DNA of 64,000 bases from Takakia lepidozioides. Lineage: Eukaryota > Plantae > Bryophyta. Shown piece after piece: positions 12,962 through 24,223 of the stretch. Below the pieces are notes generated by a model. That model worked only from the letters and a program-made list of their open reading frames with translations. It ran no database searches and was not told the origin of the DNA. Location: assembly GCA_030704615.1 (NCBI GenBank), contig CM060731.1, forward strand, positions 87,110,001-87,174,000, read 5' to 3'. The position numbers were made by a program, and so were the translations under genes. The number at the start of each line of letters is the position of its first letter. Position 1 is the first letter of the stretch.

Positions 12962-14366
12962 GTCTCACCATGCCACCGAGCTCCAGTGTCATCCTGCTGG
13001 CTCGTGCATGGATTGCGACTCAACCCATCTGCATTGCGATTGACCAAACCCGGTCGATGCACCACCTGGAAGTCATACTCTTGAAGGATGAGTGCCCACC
13101 GTGCAAGCTTCCCCATAAGCTTGTCTGACTCCATCAACCACTTGAGTGGTTGGTGATCCGTGACAAGGGTGAAGAGATTGCCATATAGATAGCACCTGAA
13201 GTGTGCCACGGCCCACACTGCAGCTAAGCATTCTCCCTCATATGAGCTATAGTTAGACTCTGCAGCATTGTTCGAGCGGCTAGCATAAGCCACTACGAAC
13301 TCTCTTCCCTCATCATCCACCTGTGTGAGCACCGCTCCAAGCCCCAACATGCTCCAATCTGTATGCAGCTGAAAGGACGCCCCCTGATAGGTCGTCTCAA
13401 GATGGGCGCCGAGGTCAACCTCGCCTTGAGCTCTTGAAAAGCTTGTTCTTGCTCATCTTCCCACTGCCACTCCTGGTCCACCTTGGTCAGCTTGGTTAGA
13501 GCCTTTGCAATGGCACTGAATCCCTTAACAAACCGTCTGTAATAGTTTGCTAACCCCATGAAAGCTCGAACTCGGCTCACATCCGTGGGGCGTGGAACCT
13601 GTGCAATGGACTCTACCTTAGTCTGCTGTACCCCCAATCCTCCAGGATATATCATGTGACCCAGATACTCAATCTGGTTGTGGAAAAACTTGCACTTGCC
13701 CGGATGTAACTTCAATCCGTGCGTCGTTAAGCGCTCAAATACCCCCTGAAGGTGTCTCTCATGCTCCTCCACCGTAGCACTAAAGATGATGATGTCATCT
13801 ATGTAGCACCGAGCAAACTCCACCCCTGCTAGAATCCTGTCCATGACTCTTTGAAACTCAGCGGGAGCGTTTTTAAGCCCAAATGGTAAGAACCGCCACT
13901 GGTATAGGCAATCCTTCCCGTGCTCATTGATCCCCCAGAATGCCGTCTTTTGCTTATCCGCCTCCTTGATCGGCAACTGGTGATATCCGGATCGTAAATC
14001 CAACGTGCTAAAGACCTTGGAATGCCCAATGGCATCAAAGATCTCCTCTGGTGTTGGCATGGCATACCTATCGGACTTGGTCTGACGATTTACAGGCCGG
14101 TAATCACCGCACATACGTCTCTCCGTCCAATTGCCATAGACATCCTTCTTAGCTGGCATCACTGTGGCTGAAGCATACTCTCCACCAGAGAGCTCCACCA
14201 AACCTGCCTCCCAGAGATCTTGAGTCCTCATCTGAATCAAAGACCTCTCCATGTCACTGTATCTATAGGGTCTCCGAAAGATTGGCGTGTCAGTGGCCAA
14301 CTCAATACGGATCTCTTGACCCTTCAGTGCTCCCAAGTCCTTCAAACTGAAGGCAAAGCAATTCAT
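12962..14366 (-). CDS. Ty3/gypsy reverse transcriptase + RNase H (frameshift ~13370)
   Basis: [31 protein letters not shown]; RNase H VVAYASR, YEGECLA, TDHQPL, NADGLSR. Confidence 0.93.
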
Positions 14367-14504
14367 GTAAGCCCTCAGGAACCGCCGTATACATCGTCTC
14401 TCTCCTCCGGTGACAATGGGTCTAATGTCAGGCTCCCAATTGTCCTCCGTAACTGCAACCTTAAGTCCAGTGGGCTTAGGGGTAGAGGACGCGTCCCGTG
14501 GTTG

Positions 14505-16205
14505 CTATGCTGCAACCTCTTGAGCAGTACTTCCTTCCTGCTCAGTCAATGACAAGGCCTCATCCTGCCCCATCATCTCATCATTGAGAACCTCCTCATC
14601 CCGAGAAGAATCCCCAACCTCATCCATCACAGCTGCCTTGGCTGCCATCTCCCTTTGGACCTCGAGCACCTCCCACGTGTGCCATGGATGTCTACACCCC
14701 GTGGTCCTCACCGGCTCGCCCCCACTCGCTGCCTGTACCGTCTCGGTAGGCAGAGAGTCCATGAAGGGGAGTGCACTCCGCACTCTACGTTGCTCAGCCA
14801 TAGCCAAGCTGATAATCCAAGTCAAGCAATTGAGATCCATTGCTTGCCCCAACACTTGACGCCGTGATGTCTCAGAAAGAGAAGGCACCCCCGTGGTCCC
14901 AGTGGAAAACCCCGTAGCCCGCTCTCGCTCGTCGGCATTAGGCTCCACTAACTGCTGCAACTGGCTATCCCACAAGAGGCCAGGTCCACCATCCCGAAAA
15001 GCATGTGATCCTGGGAAGCTGAGCAGTGTAGGTAATGCTGCTCGTGGTTGATCCACCCTGTTGACCACTGCCAAAGGTGAACGGTCATCGTGTCTCACAC
15101 GTTGAGACTGCCTCCCTGTGTCCAAAATGTCATCCACGGTGAGGTGTGCTGGCCGCGGCACCCCATCATATGCACGCTTGAGCAGTGCGTGTGGCATCAA
15201 GTTAGTCCACCAAAGCCGTGGACGATGAGCCCGTGATCCCACTGCAGCTGCATCCAGCAGCACTGCTGACCCAAGCCACGACCGGACTTGATGCACACTG
15301 GCCATCACCCTGGCCCGAGAATCACCCATCAGTGGCACATTCTCCAAGATGTATGCTGGAGATACAGCTTGATGAAGCTGCAAGTGGCGCAAAACCCGCA
15401 CCATCTCCCAAAACAGACCCGTCCTCGAGTCTCGCAATCCATTGCCATGCCCGGCTGATGAATGCCCTTGGCAGGGCCAACCTGCCACTATCAGATCAAT
15501 GGAGCCAACCTGCTCCAAATCTTGCGCCCCCAACAAGGAAATGTCTGCTGGCAAGGCTTGTTGGTATCCACGAACTACAGACACAGGCAACAAGTCAGGG
15601 TATTGCTGTACCAACTGAGCAACATGGCGCAGTGAGACGCGTCGTGCAGTCTCATCCCTCTCCACATACAGGTAACGTCGAACTCGTACACTTGCCTGTA
15701 GCACAGCAGCCAATCCGGTGCTGATCCCGCCAAACAAGTCCAGAAGGCAAATGCCTTCATCCGGATACTGCCACACAATAGGTGTGGTATCCAATGGTGA
15801 CAACTGAGGTGGTCCTGGTGCAATACCCGCACTCTCCTCCTCTCCTGACGGAACAAAAGCCTCTACCCAGGCTTGTTGCACCCGTCGATCAGCAACCTGC
15901 TGCAAATCCTTGCTCGTACCCCACAATGGAGTGTGAGTAACCATGGCAGGCAACTCCGCCATACCATGCATGTCATCCTGCTCTGCTGGAGGTGGCACAT
16001 CCTCTGCATGGGCATTGCCTTCTAGCAACTCTCCAGGCCAACTAACTGCAGCTGTAAAGGCGGCTAGTGTTGGCATCTTGCCCCGCTGGGCAGCCGCTAT
16101 ACCCCCAATGAATGTCATAGGGAGCTGTGCACGGCGACCATCGCCTGACTGCCATCCAGGCCTGTAGGATGTTGACTCCTCCCAAAAGTCCAGGGTGAAG
16201 CCCAT
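14505..16205 (-). CDS. DNMT3-like C5 cytosine methyltransferase domain inside pol
   Basis: Motif I LDLFGGISTG, IV GWPCQGHS, VI YILENV, VIII AHRPRLWWTN, IX ERERATGF and X RRQVLGQAM, in canonical order. Confidence 0.92.
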   Translation of the reverse strand: MGFTLDFWEESTSYRPGWQSGDGRRAQLPMTFIGGIAAAQRGKMPTLAAFTAAVSWPGELLEGNAHAEDVPPPAEQDDMHGMAELPAMVTHTPLWGTSKDLQQVADRRVQQAWVEAFVPSGEEESAGIAPGPPQLSPLDTTPIVWQYPDEGICLLDLFGGISTGLAAVLQASVRVRRYLYVERDETARRVSLRHVAQLVQQYPDLLPVSVVRGYQQALPADISLLGAQDLEQVGSIDLIVAGWPCQGHSSAGHGNGLRDSRTGLFWEMVRVLRHLQLHQAVSPAYILENVPLMGDSRARVMASVHQVRSWLGSAVLLDAAAVGSRAHRPRLWWTNLMPHALLKRAYDGVPRPAHLTVDDILDTGRQSQRVRHDDRSPLAVVNRVDQPRAALPTLLSFPGSHAFRDGGPGLLWDSQLQQLVEPNADERERATGFSTGTTGVPSLSETSRRQVLGQAMDLNCLTWIISLAMAEQRRVRSALPFMDSLPTETVQAASGGEPVRTTGCRHPWHTWEVLEVQREMAAKAAVMDEVGDSSRDEEVLNDEMMGQDEALSLTEQEGSTAQEVAA

Positions 16206-18709
16206 GGGGGGTATAACACTGCCCCACCAACGAGGACATCGTAAGAGACTGCGTCTGTCACAATGGCCTTGGCTCGCATTACTGAGCCATCGATAGGATG
16301 ATTCGGCTGCAGTCTAATGGCCAACTGATGCCGTGTCATGCCCTGAGCCTGCTCTGATCCTCCCAGAGATGTCTGTATCTGGAAAGGACAAGGCTCCATA
16401 TCCGCCTCCATGAGGCCCAAACCTGCAATAGCAGCTCTGCCCAACATCAGTGGCTGAGCTCCTGAGTCCAACAAGACCCGCAGTGGCTGGTACTTCTTGC
16501 CTGCCGGTCCACTCAAAGTGAAAATGCCTCCCTGGTTGTCTAACAAGACAACTCCAGGTGTCACCGTGGCGCGCTCAAAGGCTGGCCTAGCTAGCAGCTC
16601 CGTCAATCTGGCAGCTGCAGCTTGCCAGGGCGCTGCCGTGGCAGTCTTGACCCTCAAATCCGAGGATCCCTTTGCCACTACACCTTCCACTAACTCTGCA
16701 GAAGATGAAGTGACCTCTCCACTCTCGCAGAGTGTTGCTGCTAGTCTGAACACTGCAGCTGGTCTCACTCCCGGCGTCGCAATCATGGTTGCCGAGAACA
16801 GTGGGGCTTGACACACAGAGGTGGCTGCCCCCAACAACACACCGGCTGCACTAGCCTTGGCAGCAGGTGTCAGTGCTGCACGTGTAGCTCTCCCCAATGG
16901 CATAGAAACCTTCGCCTCGGTAACAGTCGGGCGAGAACTAGGTGCCATGGATGGCGTTGACATTGTCTCCACCAAGGTGAATGACTGAGGCAGCCTCGCT
17001 TGACGGCTTGCCTCCCCACGTTGTGGATCCAACTCCACCTCTGCACCTCGTGGCTCAGGAACTCGTGCTGCTCCTCGAGTCACGGCTGCAGCAGACTCCA
17101 CCTGCTCTAGTGGTAGTGCTGCTCCGCACATGAATCCCATGCCTCCCATATCTCCTTCCTCAGGAGCAGGAGGTGGACCATCCCGCCTGGGAGCCGGTAC
17201 CGCCTGAGCTATAGCCATGGCAGCGAGCCTCTGCTCTAGCTGCTGAAGCCGATTGGCCATGCCTTGGTCAACACCCTGACCTCCGCGTCCTTGGCCATAT
17301 GGAGCTTGCCCTTGGCCTGCACCTCGTGCCCGACCACCTCGTCCTCTTCGGGATGGTCCACCTCGCCCCCGGCCACCATTGTTCCCTTGGAACTGGCCTG
17401 GGCGCAACTCAGGATGCAAGTCATAACACTGGGCATCTCCATGCCCATACTTGCCACAATGCCCACACTGCAACTGTGCAGGCTGTGCTTGTGCCGGCCT
17501 TTTGCCACTCTCTGGGCAATCTCTCTTGACATGGGGTCCTCCACATGTCCAACATATCACCCCTGGTTGCTGTTGGCCTGCAAAAGATGCCACGGGCCTC
17601 TGCACCTGAGGTCCCCTGTAAGCTCCATGGAACTTGGGTTGGGAAACCTTGCCCCCCTGACCACGCTGTTGGGCAGTCCCTTGAGCCTGTGGGCTGACAG
17701 CTGTGCCCCGTGCAGGCATGTCCTTGCCAAATCCAATTGTAACAACTCGCTCCTCCACCATGTTGAGCTCAATCCGCTCAGCCAGCAGAAACACATCTGC
17801 TAATGTGGGTTGGGCTGCTTGTAATAGGGTTGCATCTCGCACCCTTCTCTTGAGCTCCTTGTCCAGAATTCCATACCAAAACTGGATTGCCTGAGCTTTA
17901 GTAACCCCTTGGGTCACACTTATCAAGCGCCTCATACGAGTGTACGCCTCTCGCAGGCTCTCACTGGGTTTGCGCTGGAAGTCTTGCAAACTTCGTAGCT
18001 TCTCTGTCCGTACACCTTGGTAGTTCCTCCGCAACTCCTGGAAGAACTCCACCACCGGGTTGAATCTAGGCACATGTGTTGTAGTTGTGGCAGGAGGAGT
18101 AGTAGCACCTTTTGAACTGGTACCACCTGCAGAAGTACCAGCACTACTTGCTCCACTACTAGTGCTGGCAGTGGGAGCTATTGGTACTGATGCAGCTACT
18201 GGTCGCGTCGTGCCTCGAGTAATGGAGACGTAGTCAGGTGACCAATACATCCTCCACTCCTCAATCTCTGCTTCATGTCCTCGCCTGAACTCGTGGTAAT
18301 CGTCTATAGGCGGGCCTTCCAAATGCTGGAACAGTCCCTTCCACGCCATGAATGGGGTGAATAGCTGTGGATTGCGCATCTGCTGCAAATCACACCAGCT
18401 GTCGAACTCCTGGATAAAGTCATCCAACTCAATTGTGCCCACAGCTCCAGAGTACCTACGAGGCCCCTTGGTAGCTCCATACATCTCCTCCATGTCGTCC
18501 CACAACAATGGCGAATGAAAGTGCACACCTGTTGATGAAGCCTCCGAGTTTGTGTCTGACTCTACAGTAATTGAGGGTGGCGGTGAAGGTGGTCTGAACC
18601 GAATACCTCGTCTTGTGAACCCACTCTCACTGTTACTGCCTGTAGCCGTACTCCCCTCAAAACCCTTGGGTAACTCCGTAATGACACTCACAATGTGCAC
18701 CTCCTCCAC
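16115..18709 (-). CDS. Gag (two zinc knuckles) + aspartic protease
   Basis: 864-aa ORF: gag-like FQRKPSESLREAYTRM, CWTCGGPHVKRDC, CGHCGKYGHGDAQC, and protease LLDSGAQP. Confidence 0.88.
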   Translation of the reverse strand: MEEVHIVSVITELPKGFEGSTATGSNSESGFTRRGIRFRPPSPPPSITVESDTNSEASSTGVHFHSPLLWDDMEEMYGATKGPRRYSGAVGTIELDDFIQEFDSWCDLQQMRNPQLFTPFMAWKGLFQHLEGPPIDDYHEFRRGHEAEIEEWRMYWSPDYVSITRGTTRPVAASVPIAPTASTSSGASSAGTSAGGTSSKGATTPPATTTTHVPRFNPVVEFFQELRRNYQGVRTEKLRSLQDFQRKPSESLREAYTRMRRLISVTQGVTKAQAIQFWYGILDKELKRRVRDATLLQAAQPTLADVFLLAERIELNMVEERVVTIGFGKDMPARGTAVSPQAQGTAQQRGQGGKVSQPKFHGAYRGPQVQRPVASFAGQQQPGVICWTCGGPHVKRDCPESGKRPAQAQPAQLQCGHCGKYGHGDAQCYDLHPELRPGQFQGNNGGRGRGGPSRRGRGGRARGAGQGQAPYGQGRGGQGVDQGMANRLQQLEQRLAAMAIAQAVPAPRRDGPPPAPEEGDMGGMGFMCGAALPLEQVESAAAVTRGAARVPEPRGAEVELDPQRGEASRQARLPQSFTLVETMSTPSMAPSSRPTVTEAKVSMPLGRATRAALTPAAKASAAGVLLGAATSVCQAPLFSATMIATPGVRPAAVFRLAATLCESGEVTSSSAELVEGVVAKGSSDLRVKTATAAPWQAAAARLTELLARPAFERATVTPGVVLLDNQGGIFTLSGPAGKKYQPLRVLLDSGAQPLMLGRAAIAGLGLMEADMEPCPFQIQTSLGGSEQAQGMTRHQLAIRLQPNHPIDGSVMRAKAIVTDAVSYDVLVGGAVLYPPWASPWTFGRSQHPTGLDGSQAMVAVHSSL

Positions 18710-19228
18710 GTGACACTATAAGGCTCTAGTACTAATCTAATAGTGACACGGGTGGGCACTTGTTGCAGTTTAAGGGTCATATCCCAATGGCTCAGGGCAC
18801 CTGCACCTGCATCCACCGCAAAAACTCTTATGGTTGGCTGGTCCTCAACCCAGCCTCACCATAGAAGAAACACTGGTGGTCTTGCTGGTCATCACTCCAG
18901 CCTCACCACCGACAGCATACTCTAGGATTGACCGGTGATCAAATCCGGCCTAATCCCTATGAAAGCAAGCGCCCACACAAAACCAACATGGCGCACAGTC
19001 AAGCATGCAGGTGTTGGGGGGGATCCAAACACAAGAAATCAAAACATCAACACCGCCACACCAAAATCCAGCTGCAATGTTGATCCTGCAGAATAGCCCA
19101 GCCCAAAACCCCGGACTGACTGGCCTCCACCAAGAGAGGCTTTGGCAACTACAAGTACATGGTAATGAAAATAGTACAGAGATGGAGGGGAAGAATATAA
19201 GCCCAACCAAGCAAGATCTAATCCTGAT

Positions 19229-19978
19229 CTATGCTATCAACTGCCAGACTTCTCTCAAAGTGCCTCGCTCTGCATGATGGTAAGGTGTAGGAGGTATATC
19301 TATGTCCAGAAACCTGCCACTAACCTTGTCCCAAGCTACAGTAGCTCGCTCTAACCAACCCTCCTCCTCTTTCTGCCAGGTAGAGACAAAGCAATACTCC
19401 CCTATCTCCCGCTCACTGAATACTAAAGAAAACAAAGGTAGGGTCTGATAGTCTCTCAACTCGAAAGCTTTGAGACGGTTGCGGGTGTCCTCATTGCGAA
19501 TGACTGCATCTCCTTCACGCACAACAAACATGTCATTGCTGATGAACCCCCGCTCGTGGTTGCCCTGTGCAGAGCGTATCCGGCTGCAACCATGTCTGAT
19601 TGCACAAACTTGTGTAGCTCCTGCTCCTCTGCTCCAGTACACCACGGCCTTGTGGCTGAACACCTTGGTCCCCGGGGCTGTCTTTGGCTGTGTTCCAAGC
19701 CTAGCTTTCACCCACTTTGGTGTTTCACCTACAGCTGCAGAACTGCTGGCTCCAATAGAGTTCTGACTGTCCAAGGCGATATTGAGGCCCTCAACGCCAA
19801 CTACAGCAGTTTGTTGTCCACTACTAATGCCTGACTCCCAGTATGCAATCAACTCGTCCAACTGTTCTCCACTCAAATCAGTTTGAGTTCCTTGGGAAAC
19901 ATAAATCTTGTCCCCTTTGGTGCACAGGCTAAGAGAAGAGACCTGCCCTTCAATCACGTCCTCATTTCCCCCAGCCAT
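19229..19978 (-). CDS. Uncharacterised 249-aa ORF upstream of gag
   Basis: Open ATG-started frame on the same strand as gag-pol; no recognised motif. Confidence 0.4.
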   Translation of the reverse strand: MAGGNEDVIEGQVSSLSLCTKGDKIYVSQGTQTDLSGEQLDELIAYWESGISSGQQTAVVGVEGLNIALDSQNSIGASSSAAVGETPKWVKARLGTQPKTAPGTKVFSHKAVVYWSRGAGATQVCAIRHGCSRIRSAQGNHERGFISNDMFVVREGDAVIRNEDTRNRLKAFELRDYQTLPLFSLVFSEREIGEYCFVSTWQKEEEGWLERATVAWDKVSGRFLDIDIPPTPYHHAERGTLREVWQLIA

Positions 19979-21149
19979 ACAAGGAGTACATCCCCAGATT
20001 TATCTCTCATGTAGACCAGAACAGGTTCTAGAAACATGATTGTGGATCTTTCATGGCACACTCACACTCTAAAAATTCCATAGATTTTTAGCAGAGTCCA
20101 AAAAACAGAAACCAGGTCTAGATAGGTAGATTTCCCCTTTCTGCAGCTATCCCTTCAAAAACTGAGTCAAACGGAGCCCATTTGACAAAGATATGACCAA
20201 CCAGGCTATTTAAACATAACATTTTTTTATTTTATTTTTTTAATAAGACAAAACAAATACAAAGAAAACTCTATTGTCTTGGTTCCCTGTTCCCTGGTTC
20301 CCTGGTTCCCTGTTCCTGTATATGTGCCCAAAGTTCTAAATTGGTATCAGCGGCTCTTAGGTATTGTTCATATTCGCCTGGCAGCCGTCGTCTCCGTGGC
20401 GAACGCAGCCCGCCAGTCTCCCGCAATCCTGTCAGCTCAACTTGAGCAACACAGATCGTTCTCGTGCAGGCACCATGATAGCTCCAAAACTATGGGCGGC
20501 CCAGGAAGACGACGTCTCCTCACTTAATGAGAACGCTGAGTGCAAAAGGACAATGGTATAACGGACAGCTGAAAGCGGCTCACAGTAAGGCCGGGGAGGC
20601 TATCTTTTGGCAAAGCAATTCAAACGTTCATGCACAAACTAGTACCAACCCTGGACGAGTTCCCTGGACGCGTCTAGACTCCCCACCAAGCATGCTTTGC
20701 CCTGCTGGAAAGGGCTGACCCGACCCATTCACTTCTTCAAGCACAGAAAGAGAAGGAAAATCCCTTGGTGACGAAGGACTTGGTGCTTGAGGTGCCTGAA
20801 ACTGCTTCGATGGGCCTCCCTCAACATTGGTCTGAGCCTCTTCCTTCTCAGCTGCTGCCTGAGTCTGCAAATGCTGCACGCAGCATGCTCCTAACTCCCA
20901 CCTTCAATTCTTAGCTTGCATGTCTTACTTTGTCAGTCTCTTGCTTGTTGCTCCCACTGCTGCTAGGCTGGTGATGCATATCTGCAGAGGACCAGCAGCT
21001 CCCTCCCATGTGTGGAGCACCCCTTCTTGAGTCCATCCCTCATCCATTGTACAGTTATGATGTCTATATAAGAGGTGGGAAGAGATATGGCTGGTTGTTC
21101 AGGGATAAACAATGTTGCAATGAGGCAGCTGCAAGCTGCCAAATCAAAG

Positions 21150-21780
21150 ACTTAGATGGCCATCAGCTCCTTTGGTTGTGCCCTGTTTCTTTCACGCTCA
21201 AGCTCTCTCTGAATGGTCTCTTCCTGAGCTGACAGTGCCCAACCTGTCGACTTCTCCACATTCTCTTTCACATCTCTACCGTCAGGTTGCTCTACCGAGA
21301 CATCGCCGCTCCCGCTTCTTCCTGTTCTTAACAACGTCCTCTGCCTCTTCAACCTTCAGCTTCTCTTCTTCTCTCATGAGAGGTTTGCAATCCAGTGGGT
21401 TCTCCTAAATATTTTGCAACTTCCCATTGTCATTTCCGCTGGGAACTGCACCATTCTCAGAGATCCATTTGTCTCGAATGCTTTCAAGTAGAGCTCGGCT
21501 GGACGGTTCTCATTCTGCACCTTCACATACCGGCATTGTAGCGGCTTGCGTACAAAGCGTAGCCTCATACTCTGATAATCCTGTCTTGAGACACCAACGT
21601 AATATAGAATCTTTTCCTCATAAAAAATGGCATACACACTTGCCTTCGAGTCAGGTTTGCTGCAATCTGCAATCGTACCCTCCTCAGTCAAGAATGCTAC
21701 GAACTCGAGATCACTCAAAGATAAAGCGTTTCCACCCACTTGTGCCTGTCGCCTTCGCAGTGCATCTTGCTTCCGCCTAT
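21150..21780 (-). pseudogene. Decayed intronless copy of a plant/cyanobacterial-type GIY-YIG domain gene
   Basis: ASVYAIFYEEKILYYVGVSR..MRLRFVRKPLQCRYVKVQ. After a frameshift: ENGAVPSGN..(stop)ENPLDCKPLMREEEK. Confidence 0.6.
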
Positions 21781-22059
21781 ATTCTTCTTGTGCCTGGAAT
21801 GTGAGCTGCCGTGTTTGTCTTGGTGTTCATCGGTTGCTGCCAGTTTTTTACTTCCACGTCCTCCATTATCCGAATTTTGTTGTCTGCTTTCCCATCTAGA
21901 TCCATGTACTCCGCAGCTTTCATCTTCTCCTTGATTTGCCTTGTGTACTCCAAAGCCTCTGGTGACTTGGTAGCTTCAGCGACTGCAACAACAGTGACGG
22001 CTCTAGCATCATCATCCGCCAGGCGTTTCAAGGCACGCTGAATCTTGTGGTCACATTCA

Positions 22060-22521
22060 ATGATATGCTTCTCAAACTAAGCACTACTTACACACAAGTA
22101 ATCTTGCAAGTGCTAACCCTCAACTCCTACCTTGCACTCACAGGTAAGAGAGTCATCTTTCTCGAGTGATAAGAAAACTAGAAAACACACTGCTCACACC
22201 AGAAACAACATGAATCCATCGCTATCACTCTTTAAAACAGAAGTCGAGCCAGTGGCACCCCAAGCTATGGGGACTCCACCCCACAAAAACCTACACTCCC
22301 ATCATAAGCACACTCAAATCTAAACGCATGAAGGAGCTCGGTCGCGCAGGCTCAACTCGAGAAAGATGAGCCGCGCGACTGCCGCTCTCGTGAAGATAAG
22401 ACGGACCAGGTGTCAAACTAAACTTGACACCTGATTTAACACTTGACCTAAATCCAAGTGTTAAATACAAATAACTAGTTTTATTCTAGCTGTTTTCACA
22501 CTGTGCTTATTTAACTTGACA
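22060..22521. mobile_element. Possible LTR remnant abutting A2
   Basis: AT/AC-rich non-coding tract ending TTGACA exactly where homology to the family A accessory gene begins (22522); left end not found. Confidence 0.3.
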
Positions 22522-24223
22522 CATGCCGCGCATCTCATTGGATGCCCGTGGTACCTGGACATGTCTGGCGGAATTTTTGACGAGTCTGAGAAAGATCTGC
22601 ACGCGAAAGCAGAAGAGAAGAGAAAGGAAAGACGTGTCCCTGCTGGGCCAGAGTCGGCAAAGGAAGCTGCTGCTCTGGAACAATCCAGAAAGGCAGCTGA
22701 GATGGCACAAAAGACGGTGGATGCAGCTGTGCAGGCTCAACAGAAGGGGTCGAAGAAGAGGACTCGCCAGTTAGGAGCAGCAGTCGTGACACCCAAGAAA
22801 ACGAAGAAGCAGAAACAGATAGAGCAGGAAGGGGGTGACGAAGAGGACTTCGATGGAGACTTTACAACCAGCCCACCCCCCGAAACGCAGCCGAAATCCC
22901 CTGTGCCCACCGTTGTCACGAGAGGGACGAGAACAGGCTCGGCAAAGAAGGCACTCTTCAACTATTACGACATTGGCACTTGTCCTTTCATTTTCTTAGG
23001 TGTTTTGAAATGCGGTGCCGCATTCAATTTCTAATCGTTCCCCACTGTGTATGCAGATGAAGCAGTTCCATGCATACTGCTTTGTGAAGGAGAACTCCAC
23101 CTTTGCTTTCCGGAAGGAGGGATTGTTGGTTGACCTGAACTGCGACCCCATCAATTACGACGTCCTGTTCAACAATGTTCCCACGGAACTTCTCCCTCAT
23201 AGCCTCACTTCAACGGAACCCCTGCGGTATTCACGGACTCGGAGCCCTGCCTTCATTCAGACAATTATGGAGACATGCACTGACGTGGAGGGCACAGTGC
23301 TCGACCTCATCTGTGGGACAGGTATGCAGAATCTTGCTCTATGCTATTCTGCAAATTCTCCTTATGCTTTAATTCGCAACATCTGAAGGGCCATGCTATA
23401 ATGTGTGGATGGCATTGTAACAGGTGCCTCAATGTGGGCTGGGCGGTTTTCCGACCGGCACCTCTTTGCCTACGAGGAGGACACATCCGTCTGGGGATCC
23501 CATCTGAAAGGGCTGCAACGGAATGTGAAGGCTCCCATCAAAGCCAAAGACTCCTCGGATTCGTCGGAGTCGGAGGAAGAGATAGTGGACATTGATGCCG
23601 AGGAGAACCCGGAATACGAGTGAGTGCAAACATTGTAAGTTTGCAAAGCCTTCAGGGTGATTTTTTGTCAAATGCATTTCCGGACTGTGGTTCTCATTGG
23701 TCTCGTTGGTGATTGTTATGTGCAGGATTCCAGGATCCGGGTCAAAACATGTAGGGCCTACACTTCCTACCAGGAAGAATGTCCCGTTCTTTGCGAGGGC
23801 CGACTTCATGACGAGCCCGGTGAAGGACTACTCCTTCCTAGTTATGCAGCTAAACTCGCAAATACAGCGATTAGACGATGTGAGAATCCCAGTAAAGTAG
23901 AGCAGATTTTGGAGAGGGCTAGGGAGGACAGAAGGATAAGGAAAGAGTTGGCAACAGCTGAGACAGGTAGACGGGTGCGAAAGTTCATATGTGATTCAGC
24001 GGATGAGAGCGATGCAGACAGGGAGGACAACGACCCAACGGAGGTGAGATGGTCAGTTCCGCAAGGGGAAGATGGGATTTTCGAAAGCCTGGCCAACGAG
24101 CAGTCCGCTGGACATGGTGCCGCATATCCATTTTTGACACGGCAGTTTTGCCGATTGCCAGCTCCTTCCATGGAGGTAAATGGAAATGCCACCCCGCATG
24201 CGGAGGTCGACCATGGCGGACAT

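Larger units (their letters stand above)
12962..19978 (-). mobile_element. Ty3/gypsy LTR retrotransposon carrying a C5 DNA methyltransferase; interrupted after RNase H by element A1
   Basis: Order on the minus strand: upstream ORF, gag, protease, DNMT, RT, RNase H. LTR and PBS not identified, so the right boundary is approximate. Confidence 0.88.

Noticed and set aside
20342-20354. TGGTATCAGCGGC as the PBS of the DNMT-gypsy
   Set aside because: Wrong strand for that element and no adjacent LTR end recognised.
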